A stretch of 60,254 nucleotides of DNA, the filler included, from Stramenopiles sp. TOSAG23-2 (Eukaryota): NCBI GenBank assembly GCA_900128395.1. It is 4 parts of 4 records of this genome, joined end to end, with 100 filler letters (N's around TTAATTAATTAA, not from the genome) between each part and the next. Parts side by side here need not be neighbours in the genome. Positions count along the whole stretch, not along the records: positions 45,301 to 60,254 come from LT649736.1; 3 more parts are not named here. One strand, given 5' to 3'. Every line of letters starts with the position of its first letter. Position 1 is the first letter of the stretch. The translations under genes and the position numbers were made by a program. Under the pieces are notes generated by a model. It saw nothing but the letters and a program-made list of their open reading frames with translations, had not been told where the DNA came from and did not search any database. Below, piece after piece: positions 47,050-58,245 of this stretch.

Positions 47050-49449
47050 ATGAAAGTCGATAAACGTTCATTTCGTTGTATATATTTATTATTTGTATTA
47101 GTTCTTTTATTATTTGATTTTTGTGTACCATTAAATAAACAAAATAACAAAATAGTTGATAGTAAAGAACTAAAAAAGGGTAGTAGTAGTAACAAAAATA
47201 ATAATATCGTTAGGAAGAAGGACGAAAAACTAGATGATGGCGATAAGCATAATTTGAAGAAATCGCAACATTTTATTTCATTACAAGATAGCGAGAACGA
47301 TGATGACGAAAGCACTATATTAATAGAGAAAAATGGAAATGGTAATAGAGAAGCAAAAGGTGGAAGTGGCGGTGGTGGTCAATCACGCGGTGGTAGTAAA
47401 AGCAAAGGTGGTTCCAGCGGTGGTGGTTCAAAAGGCGGCTCCAGCGGTGGTAAAGGCAAAGGCGGCTCCAGCGGTGGTAAAGGAAAAGGTGGTTCAAAAG
47501 GTGGTTCCACCGGTAGTAAAGGCAAAGGCGGTTCCAGCGGTGGTAAAGGCAAAGGTGGTTCAAAAGGTGGTTCCACCGGTAGTAAAGGCAAAGGTGGTTC
47601 AAAAGGTGGTGCAGATAAAAAGAAATCTGGTGGTAAAACAAAGGGAAGTGCAAAATCTGGTGACAAAAAGAAAACAGGTGCAAAAAGTGGTGGAAATAAA
47701 AAAGCATCTGCGGCACAACGAAAAGCATCTTCTGCGAAATCAAAATCAGATAAAAAAGCAAAAGATAAAGCAAAGAAAAGATCGAAGGCTATGAAAAAAT
47801 CGAGTAAATCTAGAGGTAAATCCAAAAGTAAGAGTGGAGGTAAATCCAAAAATAAGAGCAAGAAAGGTAAGAAAGGTAAGAAAACTAGTTTAAGTGATAA
47901 ATTGGAAAATTTCAAAAACAAATTTCAATTTGTAAAAAGATCACCTGGTGAATTATGTAAACCAAATGGTGAAGGTGGTAAAAATTGTTTCCCAGTAGAG
48001 AAATATCCATTAAAAGAAGCAAAAAAACGTATGAATGGATGTTGTCGACCATGTCAAGAAAATTTTCAAAATGAATTATCATTTCTTCAATTGCCATCAA
48101 ATGTTGAAAAAGTAGCAACAGAACGATACAATGCATATGCTTCGTATCATCATTTAAAATCACATTTACAGTTTAATCACAAACTAGCAGTGGCAAAAAC
48201 AGCAACAGCAACAGCATCTTCTGGAGAAAATAATCAAAAATTGATACCAACGGCAGTGCCTTCATTAGCATTTATAGAAACACATTTATTAAATAACAAA
48301 AATAGCAATTCTATATCAAATGTGGATAGTGGACGACCAACGAATATAGATGATGAATTTCGTTTTTCAAGCGCAAAAGCTGAAAAAGGTGGTAAAAAGA
48401 AATCTAAAGGTGGTGGTGGAAAGAAACCTAAAGGTGGTAAAGGTGGAAAGAAACCTAAAGGTGGTAAAGGTGGTAAAGGTGGAAAGAAACCTAAAGGTAG
48501 TACAGGTGGAAAGAAACCTAACGGTGGTAAAGGAGATGCTACACGAAATAAACCAATGGCTAGTGGGGAAGAAATACAACAAATGTTACCATGTTGTCCG
48601 ATATGCTCTGAAGAATTTTATGCACCAACCGATTTTAATGATTTAAATGCATTTATTGAATTTAAAGAATCATTACAAAAACGACAAGCAAACAGAGACA
48701 TGGAAGCCGATAGTAGTAGTAGTAATAATAATGATAATAATAATAATAATAATGTTAACGACAATGACAATAATAATGAGGACGACGACGAAGACGACGA
48801 CGATGATGATCAAGAGGTAGATAATACTAGTGAAAATAATGATGCTGCATCATTTCGTTTTGCAACCGTACGAACTAAAAAAGGTGGCAAAGGCAAGAAA
48901 AAATCGAGTAAGAAAACTGGTAAAACCAGTACTAAAAAAGGTAAATGCCCTAAAGTAGGTAAAGCTGGTAATAAAGCTGGAAAGAAAAAAGGTATTGTAT
49001 TTGCCCCTGTTGATGGTTGCAAACCAACAAAACCAGCAAAGCATGTTCCACCATCTGTGGCCAAAGCATCAGATACATTGGAAAAACGATTAACTAAAAA
49101 AAGTTTGATGAAAACATGTTGTAAAATATGCCCAGGGGATCGTTATCCTGGTTTAGGATTGAATGCATTGCAACCAGCATTTATTGAATTAATGTCAAAA
49201 AAAGCTGAAGATGCATGTTGTCCTATATGTCCAACATTAGCATCTTTATCTATGGCTGGTGCGGAACCATTTGGTGGACCATTTGGTGAAGGTGTTGGTA
49301 ACATGGCTGATGCAATGACAAAAGCAATCAAATCTTTATGTAAATGTTATCCAAATTGTCCAGAACTTATTGTACAAACAGTAAAAGGTTGTCGTCCACA
49401 AGATATTAAAACGACATTAACTAGTTTTATTGAAGTGGATGAATTGTGA
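47050..49449 (+). CDS. Secreted Gly/Lys/Ser-rich, Cys-module precursor protein
   Basis: Signal peptide, GGSSGGKGK and GGKKPK repeats, four CCxxC modules, ends in VDEL. Confidence 0.85.
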   Translation: MKVDKRSFRCIYLLFVLVLLLFDFCVPLNKQNNKIVDSKELKKGSSSNKNNNIVRKKDEKLDDGDKHNLKKSQHFISLQDSENDDDESTILIEKNGNGNREAKGGSGGGGQSRGGSKSKGGSSGGGSKGGSSGGKGKGGSSGGKGKGGSKGGSTGSKGKGGSSGGKGKGGSKGGSTGSKGKGGSKGGADKKKSGGKTKGSAKSGDKKKTGAKSGGNKKASAAQRKASSAKSKSDKKAKDKAKKRSKAMKKSSKSRGKSKSKSGGKSKNKSKKGKKGKKTSLSDKLENFKNKFQFVKRSPGELCKPNGEGGKNCFPVEKYPLKEAKKRMNGCCRPCQENFQNELSFLQLPSNVEKVATERYNAYASYHHLKSHLQFNHKLAVAKTATATASSGENNQKLIPTAVPSLAFIETHLLNNKNSNSISNVDSGRPTNIDDEFRFSSAKAEKGGKKKSKGGGGKKPKGGKGGKKPKGGKGGKGGKKPKGSTGGKKPNGGKGDATRNKPMASGEEIQQMLPCCPICSEEFYAPTDFNDLNAFIEFKESLQKRQANRDMEADSSSSNNNDNNNNNNVNDNDNNNEDDDEDDDDDDQEVDNTSENNDAASFRFATVRTKKGGKGKKKSSKKTGKTSTKKGKCPKVGKAGNKAGKKKGIVFAPVDGCKPTKPAKHVPPSVAKASDTLEKRLTKKSLMKTCCKICPGDRYPGLGLNALQPAFIELMSKKAEDACCPICPTLASLSMAGAEPFGGPFGEGVGNMADAMTKAIKSLCKCYPNCPELIVQTVKGCRPQDIKTTLTSFIEVDEL

Positions 49450-49648
49450 TGATTTTATTTTAAAACACATTTTTATTTTTTTGTTAGTTTGTTTATAATT
49501 TCTTTTATATATATACACAGTATAGAGTGTATATCCGATATGATAAAGTTTATTCTAATTATGTTTAGCGGATATTATTATTCCTCTCCCGGACTATAAA
49601 CAGTCATTTTGGTAACTTAAACCGGTTCAAACCCAACACATTGAATCT

Positions 49649-49860
49649 TCCTCACGGGAGATGGTATATATAATGCTATGTCGAGTTAACTCGTCCTCAC
49701 GGGAGATGGTAATGTAATATGTAATGTTAATGTAGTCGGTAATGTTAATGCTATGTCGCTGCTAATTAATACCCTACATGTTAACTCTTCCTGTGGTAAT
49801 GCTATGGTAATGTAATGTTAATGCTAGTATGTCGCTGCTAATTAATACCCCACACGTTAA
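49649..49860. repeat. Cluster of short degenerate direct repeats
   Basis: tcctcacgggagatggta x2, atgtcgctgctaattaataccc x2, several aatgctat and taatgttaatg copies. Confidence 0.7.
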
Positions 49861-50305
49861 TCTTCCCCCCGTTACACAATTTCAGTTATTCACACAATAG
49901 CAGCATAGCACCACCATCATCAAATAGCACAAATAACATGTAAAAATAGAATTAAAAATCTCGAAATGATTTTATAGAAACGTGTACCTCTTTGTGAAAG
50001 TTGTTGTTGCAAACAAGAAATAGTAGTAGTAGTAATACAATCGGTTGTTGGGAAGTAGTTCCAATTACCTTTGGACGATAGTACGTGATAATATATATTA
50101 TATAATATATATAGTATAGTTATAATTTATATAAGTTGAAAAAAAAATTAATAATTATATTATAAATTTTAATATTTATTTATATACACATTTCAGTTAT
50201 ATTTATTCGTACTTTTTTTTAGTTAAAATTGTAAGATAGTATTATATAATAAAAACAAAAAGAAAAACATAGTTAAAGAAAAAAAAATAACATAATAACG
50301 ACATC

Positions 50306-52965
50306 ATGAGCAGAGGATATCATAATGGTCAAATGATGCAGCCAAATAATATGCAACAACCAGGTCAAATACCAGTACAAATGTCACTTGGTACACCTAA
50401 GAGTAATCAACAACAAGGTGGTTTTGGTATGAATAAACAAATGGGTAGCAGAGGTATGCCAATGCAACAACTTGGTAATATGAACCCAAATATGCAACAA
50501 CAACAAATAATACCAAATAGCGCAAATAGCCAACGTATACAACATAGTTCAGGCTCGCTCCCGGTCTCTCGTAAATCTTTATCTGCAAGTTTCTCTAGTT
50601 CCATGCGTGGTTCCACTGCCGGTAGTAATTGGGATAACCAAACGGGTTTAAATGATGACGATAATGTAAGAGTGGTTGTACGTTGTAGACCTATGAATGA
50701 AAACGAACGTAATCGTAATGATAGGCAAGTATTGTATGTAGAAGAAAGTCAAACTGCCGTTACCTTGCGTGCACCGGGTGGTGGAGGGCGTGAAGTGATG
50801 AAAAATTATCGTTTCAACATGTGCTTCTTACCAAAAACATCGCAAGAACAATTTTTCAACAATTGCGGTATACGAAATTTATTAGATTCTGCTTTAAATG
50901 GATATGCGGCAACTGTATTTGCATATGGTCAAACTGGTAGTGGAAAAACATTTACTATTTCGGGTATTGAGGAACGTATAAGTGATGATACGAGTGGATC
51001 GCAATGGGATGGTTTGATACCACGTAGTGTTCGTTATGCATTTGAACGTATAGCTGCCAGTCAAGAAGGGACAACATATAGTGTACGTGCATCATTTGCT
51101 GAAATTTACAATGAACAAGTATATGATTTGTTAAATTTACAATCTGGACCATTGCAAGTACGTTGGAATATACGTAATGGTTTCTTTGTACAAGATTTAT
51201 TTGTAGTGGAATGTGAAAATACAAGTGATGTCATGGCTGTAGTGAAAGAAGGACATCGAAACCGTCGTGTTGGTTCACATGAATTGAATATGGATTCATC
51301 ACGTTCACATAGTTTATTAACATTACATTTGGAAAGTGAAAGTATTGATTCAGATGATGGTAAGTATTATCTTGTTTCGGATTTGTTTTTTGTCATATTA
51401 TATTATATTATTACATATAAATATCATCATACTCGCTATATTTATATCATATATATATATACTAACATTATACATATATACACACAGGACATACCATGGT
51501 GAAATTTGGTAAAATGGTATTTGTGGATTTAGCAGGTAGTGAAAGATTGAAACAAACACAATCAGATGGTGTTACACGTACGGAGACGGGTATGATTAAT
51601 CAATCGTTATTTACATTAGGTAAAGTTATTAGTGCATTAGGCAGTAAAAACAAAAATAAAAGTAAAGATTCCAAATTTGTTCCATATCGTGATAGTAAAT
51701 TAACGAAATTATTAATGGATTCCCTTGGTGGTTCATGTTTAACACTGATGGTTGCATGTTGTTCCCCATCGGAAGCATATATGGAAGAAACATTATCTAC
51801 CTTGAATTATGCAACACGTGCACGTAATATTCAAAACAAACCAATGATACAAATGGATCAAAAGGAACAATTGATTTTTAATTTAAGGCAAGAGGTTAAA
51901 TTATTACGGTTGGAAAATGATTTTTTACGACAACAATTATCGATACATAATGGTGGTGTCATTCCATCTAGCCCATATACAAGTGGAAGGAGTGAAATTG
52001 GTACTCCATTGAATGGGACGATGACACCACGATCACCTGGATCTGCAATTGGTAAAAATAAACCAGGAAAAGGTGGTGCAGGTCCACCTGGATTGCCATT
52101 AAGTCCACAAACGCAAAACAATGGTAGTGGTGGTGGTGCATATAGCAGAGCACCACCACATCATGTACCGCCATTAAGTGGACCACCAAATAGCAGCAAT
52201 GGTGGTGGAAAAGCGTATAGTAGTAATAATGATGGCAATGGTCCACCTGGATTGACGCAAGCGCCACCACCTGGAATAGCACCGAAAACAAACGGAAGAG
52301 GAGTACGAGGTCCTTCCCCACGTGCGCCTAAAACAAAATCATCGGTTACTGATACGCAAATGCAAAAAATGTTATCTACGTATAGACGCGAAATTGAACG
52401 TTTGAAAACGGAAAATCGTGAAGTACGTGCAAGGGGTAGCGTAGCAGAACGTGGATATCGGGCAGTTATGGCGGAAAATGAACGTTTATGCAATAAATTA
52501 GAACATTTGGAAGAGATTTTTGTTCATCAATCACGACAAACACCATGGCCAAAAGGAGAGGAAGGTGGTCAAGGTAGTTCCAAGAAAGATAGTGGAGAAT
52601 GGGAAAAGAAAATTGATGAAGGTGGTAAAGATAAATTTATACGTAAAATGAAAGCGGAAAATTCATCTTTACGTATACGTGTTCAACGATTAGAAAAAAG
52701 CTTGAAGCAAGGGGAAGGTAATAAATTCCGACAAATTGATCCAGAAAAGAAAAATAACCGTGAAAGTGAACGTGATGTCATTGCATTGCAAAAAATGAAC
52801 GTGGAATTGCAAAATAGGTTAGAAAAATATAGGAAACGTGAAATGGAATTATTACGTGCATTGAAAGCACAACAGGCAAAGGCACAGCGACGAAAAGTTC
52901 AAGAAAGTAGCAATAACCCAGTGCAACGAAGAAGTAATAGTACATTGCAACAACAAAGTCAATAA
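50306..52965 (+). CDS. KIF12: Kinesin, KIF12/kinesin-16-like; exons 50306-51359 and 51488-52965
   Basis: VRVVVRCRP, AYGQTGSGKT, SSRSH, FVDLAGSE, PYRDSKLTKLL; a GTAAGT...CTAAC...CAG intron restores the frame (DDG-HTMVKFGK). Confidence 0.9.
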
Positions 52966-53749
52966 TATATATATATATGTGAAAAATATACACGTGCATA
53001 TGTATATATATATGGGATTTTGCATTTGTGTTTTTTTGTTTTTATTTTGTTGATGTACATGATGTTGCTTTGAAGTCACTTTTGAAAAGAGACATAATAT
53101 GTGTGAAGTTTGTGAGTCAAAAAGCAGCATCAGGGTGAATGAAAAAATGGAGAATTTTGAATAAAAATGCGCACGATACTTTTTTACATACTCGTATTAG
53201 AATATGTTTGATGCGGGGGTGTGTGTGCGTGGTATGTGGGGTGGGAGTATTTGTGGTGGTGTGGTGATGAAAGTAAATCTCTAAAATATAAAATTTATAC
53301 GTATAAGAGTTAAGAAAAAGTATATAATGTGCTTAAAAATCTAAAAGTTTATAGAAAAAATATATATTTAAAAACAAAATACGTGTATGACATACCAGGA
53401 ATTGTCAAATGTCGAATGGGTATTAGAGGAAACAAAAAATTAAAAATTATATGTACGACGACGCACATATTTATTTTTAAATGATACATATTTTGTTTAT
53501 ACGGTTGTTAATGTACGTTCGTATATCGTATATATATATACTCTTTATAACTCTTTTTTGAAATTTTTTGCGTTCCTTTTTTCACATATTTCTTTTTATT
53601 TATTTATATATAGTGTTGGTCAATTCATTATTTCTAATAGTATAATTTTGAATGAACTAAAGAATTAATAGAACTAGGAATAACAACAGTATAAAGAATA
53701 TCTACTGGTAACATTTATTGAAGAAAGTAAATAAAAAAAAGATAATACA

Positions 53750-54649
53750 ATGGCATCATTAACAACTAATCCATCACTGGCAAAACGACAACGTACGTCG
53801 TTAAAACCATCTACAATTGAAGGGTTAAAACAAAAACGGGCACCACCACCAATTACAATTGGTATATTAGTTTTACCAGCTGGAATAGAATCTGCTTGCG
53901 GGATCATGTTAAATATATTACAATATTTAAATATTCGATCATTATGTAATGTGAAACGATCTTCTTTAATACAACAATGTAGGAAAGCATTTGGATCAAA
54001 TGATTTTGAACGTGTACGTGATATAGCATTGTGTCTTAGTTATGAAGGTAGAAGAAGTATAAATGAGTTGATACTTTCACATCCAGCAAGAAGACTTTAT
54101 TTATTAATTGAAAGATATAAAAGAGAGTTTCCACGTAGGACACCTTTCGTATGTGCATGTGAACGCGGACGTATGAATGATGTAGAATTATTTGTGAATC
54201 TTCACCCTTTTCACAAGTATATTACTAATCGTGATGTGAATGGCTACAGAGATGATATGACATTGAAAGATATGGTGAGTCAAGTCGGTACAAATAGTTA
54301 TGATAATGATCGTACACCTTTAATGGCAGCTGCAGGACACGAACATTTCCAAGTAGTTAAATATTTGATTGAACAAGGTGAAGCTGATCCTAATATTGCA
54401 GATAGTTATGGATATAATGCATTACATGATGCAGCAGAGACTAACAGAGCAAATACTGAGTTGATTCAATTGTTATTAACTCATATGCCTCTTGATAGTA
54501 TTAACAAGAAGACGTCCGGGGGAAACACTCCCCTGGACAATGCATATCGATATAATGGTAGTCCAATTCAACAAGAGATCATTGCACTTTTACGTTCAAA
54601 AGGTGGAAAAGCAAATAAATTTGATGCAAATGGTAATCGTATAGAATAG
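53750..54649 (+). CDS. Ankyrin-repeat protein, tandem paralog 1
   Basis: TPFVCACERG, TPLMAAAGHEHFQVVKYLIEQGEADPN, NALHDAA, TPLDNA. Confidence 0.88.
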   Translation: MASLTTNPSLAKRQRTSLKPSTIEGLKQKRAPPPITIGILVLPAGIESACGIMLNILQYLNIRSLCNVKRSSLIQQCRKAFGSNDFERVRDIALCLSYEGRRSINELILSHPARRLYLLIERYKREFPRRTPFVCACERGRMNDVELFVNLHPFHKYITNRDVNGYRDDMTLKDMVSQVGTNSYDNDRTPLMAAAGHEHFQVVKYLIEQGEADPNIADSYGYNALHDAAETNRANTELIQLLLTHMPLDSINKKTSGGNTPLDNAYRYNGSPIQQEIIALLRSKGGKANKFDANGNRIE

Positions 54650-55106
54650 TCCAATTCAACAAGAGATCATTGCACTTTTACGTTCAAAAGGTGGAAAAGC
54701 AAATTGTTATGATGAAAATGGTAGAGATGTAGGAAGAGGCAATGGTGATTTAAATCATTAAAAAAGGAGAGGAGAGATTGGGAAAAGGGGAAAAGATTAA
54801 AACACATATAATTAAAAACATAAATATCAGCAGTATGTATCTTTTCAAAATTATAACATTTCAGAGTGTAATTAAGTTCTCCTCTCTTTACAACAAGAAA
54901 TGTGTTTTGACTCTGCCTGGTCTGATTAAAATGGTCTTCGTGTTGGTCTTTTTCAAATTAATAGAAAAGTGTTGGTCTTTTTTATTAAATACATCATTAT
55001 ATATATATAGTAATAACATAATGAGTGACAAAAAAATATAAACATATATATACAAATATAAAAGAACATATTGAATATATATACATATATTATATTACAT
55101 TACATC

Positions 55107-56048
55107 ATGGCATCAACAATTACTAATACAACACAAGCAAAACGACTAAAGCAATCAACGGTGAATGCATTACAACAAGAACCGGAACGGGAAATTACAA
55201 TTGGTATATTAGTTTTACCAGCTGGAATAGAATCTGCTTGCGGGATCTTGTTAAATATATTACAATATTTAAATATTAGATCATTATGTAATGTGAAACG
55301 ATCTTCTTTGATACAACAATGTAGGAAAGCATTTGGATCAGATGATTTTGAACGTGTACGTGATATAGCATTGAGTCTTAGTTATGAAGGTAGAAGAAGT
55401 ATAAATGAGTTGATACTTTCACACCCAGCGAGAAGACTTTATTTATTAATTGAAAGATATAAAAGGGAGTTTCCACGTGGTACGAGGCGCAGAGATGCAA
55501 TACCAACACCTATCGTATGTGCATGTGAACGCGGACGTATGGATGATGTCGAATTATTTATGAATCTTCATCCTTATCACAAGTATATTACTAATCGTGA
55601 TGTGAATGGCTACAGAGATGATATGACATTGAAAGATATGGTGAGTCAAGTCGGTAAAGATAGTGAAGGTGTTGAATGTACACCTTTAATGGTAGCTGCA
55701 TGGGGCGAACATTTCCAAGTAGTTAAATATTTAATTGAACAATGTGAAGCTGATCCTAATATTGCAAATAGTGGTGGATGGAATGCATTACATTATGCAG
55801 CATGGAATAACAGTACGAATACTGAGTTGATTCAATTGTTATTAACTCATATGTCTCTTAATAGTATTAATAAGAAGACCAGGACGGGATTTACTCCCCT
55901 GGACTATGCATATGCTAATAATCGTAGTCCAATTCGCCAAGAGATCATTGCACTTTTTTACGTTCAAAAGGTGGAAAAGCAAATTATTATGATGAAAATG
56001 GTAGATATGTAGGCTAAGGAGATGGCAATGGTGATATTTAAATCATTA
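55107..56048 (+). pseudogene. Ankyrin-repeat tandem paralog 2 with 3' frameshift
   Basis: High identity to paralog 1; a T6 run replaces T4 at ~55954 and shifts the conserved LLRSKGGKAN tail out of frame (ORF stops at 56012). Confidence 0.6.
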
Positions 56049-56121
56049 AAAAAATTTACGTTAAAAAAAAGTGTTATGATATAAAAAAATACTTTTCAAC
56101 TTTTTTCTTTATATTTATATA

Positions 56122-56303
56122 TGCTACGAGTAGTTGATACGAAGTTCGTACCACCATCTATTTACCTTCATTTTCTGGTAATTCTCTAGATTTATGGGAA
56201 TATCAACACACTAGTGTGAGATAGATTATTTCAGTTATTGTATTCTTATTGAAGAGTAGGAAAAGTATCATGAGTAAAATTAAAACAATAAATTATGCGT
56301 AAA
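56122..56303 (-). repeat. Inverted copy of the dispersed repeat at 27105-27261
   Basis: Shared atatcaacacactagtgtgagatagattatttca and gctacgagtagttgatac blocks. Confidence 0.85.
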
Positions 56304-56681
56304 TTAAATTATACGAAAAAAATATATTATATATTTTTAGTTTTCTTTTGGTTTGTTTTCCTGTTTGATGCATGGAACATAGCAACATTTTAGTTGTATG
56401 AGCGAGGGCCACACAACATGTTTTCTTCTTTTCTTTCCTTTTCTTTCACGCACACACCACATCTTAATCTCTCTTCTCGACGTGCATTATCATACTACTT
56501 ATTGACATTTGAAAGTCCATCATATATCCACAAGGATCCAACATGTTAAACAAGATTTTTACAAATTTTGATCATTGCCAGCATTATCATAAGGCTATAT
56601 ATATATATATATACAAATGTTAGAGATTCACTTTGTTCACTACGTATATACGAAGATATATATATATATATATACATGTTA

Positions 56682-57524
56682 CTAACTTACATTTCCACTA
56701 TTTTCAACATTGGTATAAACATCATCACCTTTACTTGTACTACCAAAACTATCATAACTAGCTTGTTGTGCTTTGCATGTTATTAACATGAAACTAAACA
56801 TTATACCATCTTTTACTAAACCAAAGATATATGCCCATAATGCACTATTTGGCATTAATTCTTCACTTTTAAAATAAAATTTATTCAATAAAATACCAGC
56901 TAATAAATAGACGCATACAACAATAATGAAAACAATTAAAAAAATTTCAAAAAACGTTGTTTCACTTTTACAACCTGCATCACATGCGATACATGTTGGT
57001 ATATTAAAATCATATTGGCATGTACCAGCTGGATTTGTTGCTGTAAAAGTAGCTTTTGTATAATCATCTTTTGTAATATGAACATTTGGATCACAAGTAA
57101 ATGTTGCAGTAAATGTACGTGGTAAACCTTTAGGGCAATCGGCTGGTGAACCATTTCCCAATTCCAATGTTACTTTATCTTTTGCATTTGTCCATTTTGC
57201 AGTTGAATCCCATTGTGATAATATATAACAACGAGAGGTTACTACTGATGCTTGAGTTTGTGTTGCCATTCCTTGTGTAACTTCATCTGGATCATCTGGG
57301 CATTTTTGTGAGCTAGTGGAACACAAATTTAACGTATATTCATACCCTTTATCATTTGCAGTTAATTGCAACCCTTTTAAAACACCGAAATCTTTTTTGA
57401 TCCCAGCAGTTGGTGAGGATGGTTCCGTATCAATCCCACATAACGGTGCAGCTAATACCATTATATTATTTAATAATAATTGGATTGCCATTATCATTAT
57501 GCATGATGATATTAGTAATTTCAT
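56682..57524 (-). CDS. MRH-domain type I membrane protein (cation-dependent mannose-6-phosphate receptor / Atg27-like)
   Basis: Signal peptide, YTLNLC, NG...C...PRTF..TFTCD, CQYDF...C.AC, TM helix, PN..LW..IFGLVKDG tail and YxxPhi motifs (YDSF, YTNV). Confidence 0.82.
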   Translation of the reverse strand: MKLLISSCIMIMAIQLLLNNIMVLAAPLCGIDTEPSSPTAGIKKDFGVLKGLQLTANDKGYEYTLNLCSTSSQKCPDDPDEVTQGMATQTQASVVTSRCYILSQWDSTAKWTNAKDKVTLELGNGSPADCPKGLPRTFTATFTCDPNVHITKDDYTKATFTATNPAGTCQYDFNIPTCIACDAGCKSETTFFEIFLIVFIIVVCVYLLAGILLNKFYFKSEELMPNSALWAYIFGLVKDGIMFSFMLITCKAQQASYDSFGSTSKGDDVYTNVENSGNVS

Positions 57525-58245
57525 TTTTTTTTTCGACTCTTAAAAAATCTTTGTTTCGTTAACTATTTTTTTCGTAGTATGTATATTGCTATTATGTAAG
57601 TATTATTTCTTTCGTTGTTATATATAGCTGTAGATGCTTTTTCTATTCTTTTTGTATTATCTATACTCTCTTCTATTGTCTCTTTGCATAGATATATTAA
57701 TATATATTCAATTTTGTTGTTTGAAATTTTTTTTGGATATTGGATATGGTTAGTAGTAGGGTTTTACGTGGGGTATTCTAATTTCCCATTCAAGTATAAA
57801 TTATGTGTTATTTGAATGGGTAATAGTAATGCTATGTACATCCTAAATGCCCAAATCTATAACCATTTACCTCCTACGATTATTTAAACAAGTTAAATTA
57901 TTATAAGTGCATAAGTGCATAACAACTTCTTGAACTGTGCAACTATATTACTATACTTCACACATTTACTTCTAAAAAAGATTGTTGCAAGGATAATAGA
58001 ATTATTGCCTCTCAGGTTAATACATTGTTCTTTTGGAGAGAGTAGAAAATTTCTCATGAGTAAATTTTACGAGCATACTCTGTGGTAATATTTTTACACA
58101 ATCAATGTTAAATTATATTTGAATAATATATATGATATGATAACTTAGATTTTAACCATCTTAAATAATCTCACGAATACTATCATAACATAAGAAGAGT
58201 GTTTTTGTAAAAATCATAATCACATACGAAGCGAGTTCGTAAATT

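Noticed and set aside
50306-52965. Split or frameshifted kinesin
   Set aside because: Explained by a canonical intron at 51360-51487
57784-57819. Hairpin cccattcaa...ttgaatggg as an ncRNA
   Set aside because: Single 9-bp stem with no recognisable RNA family features
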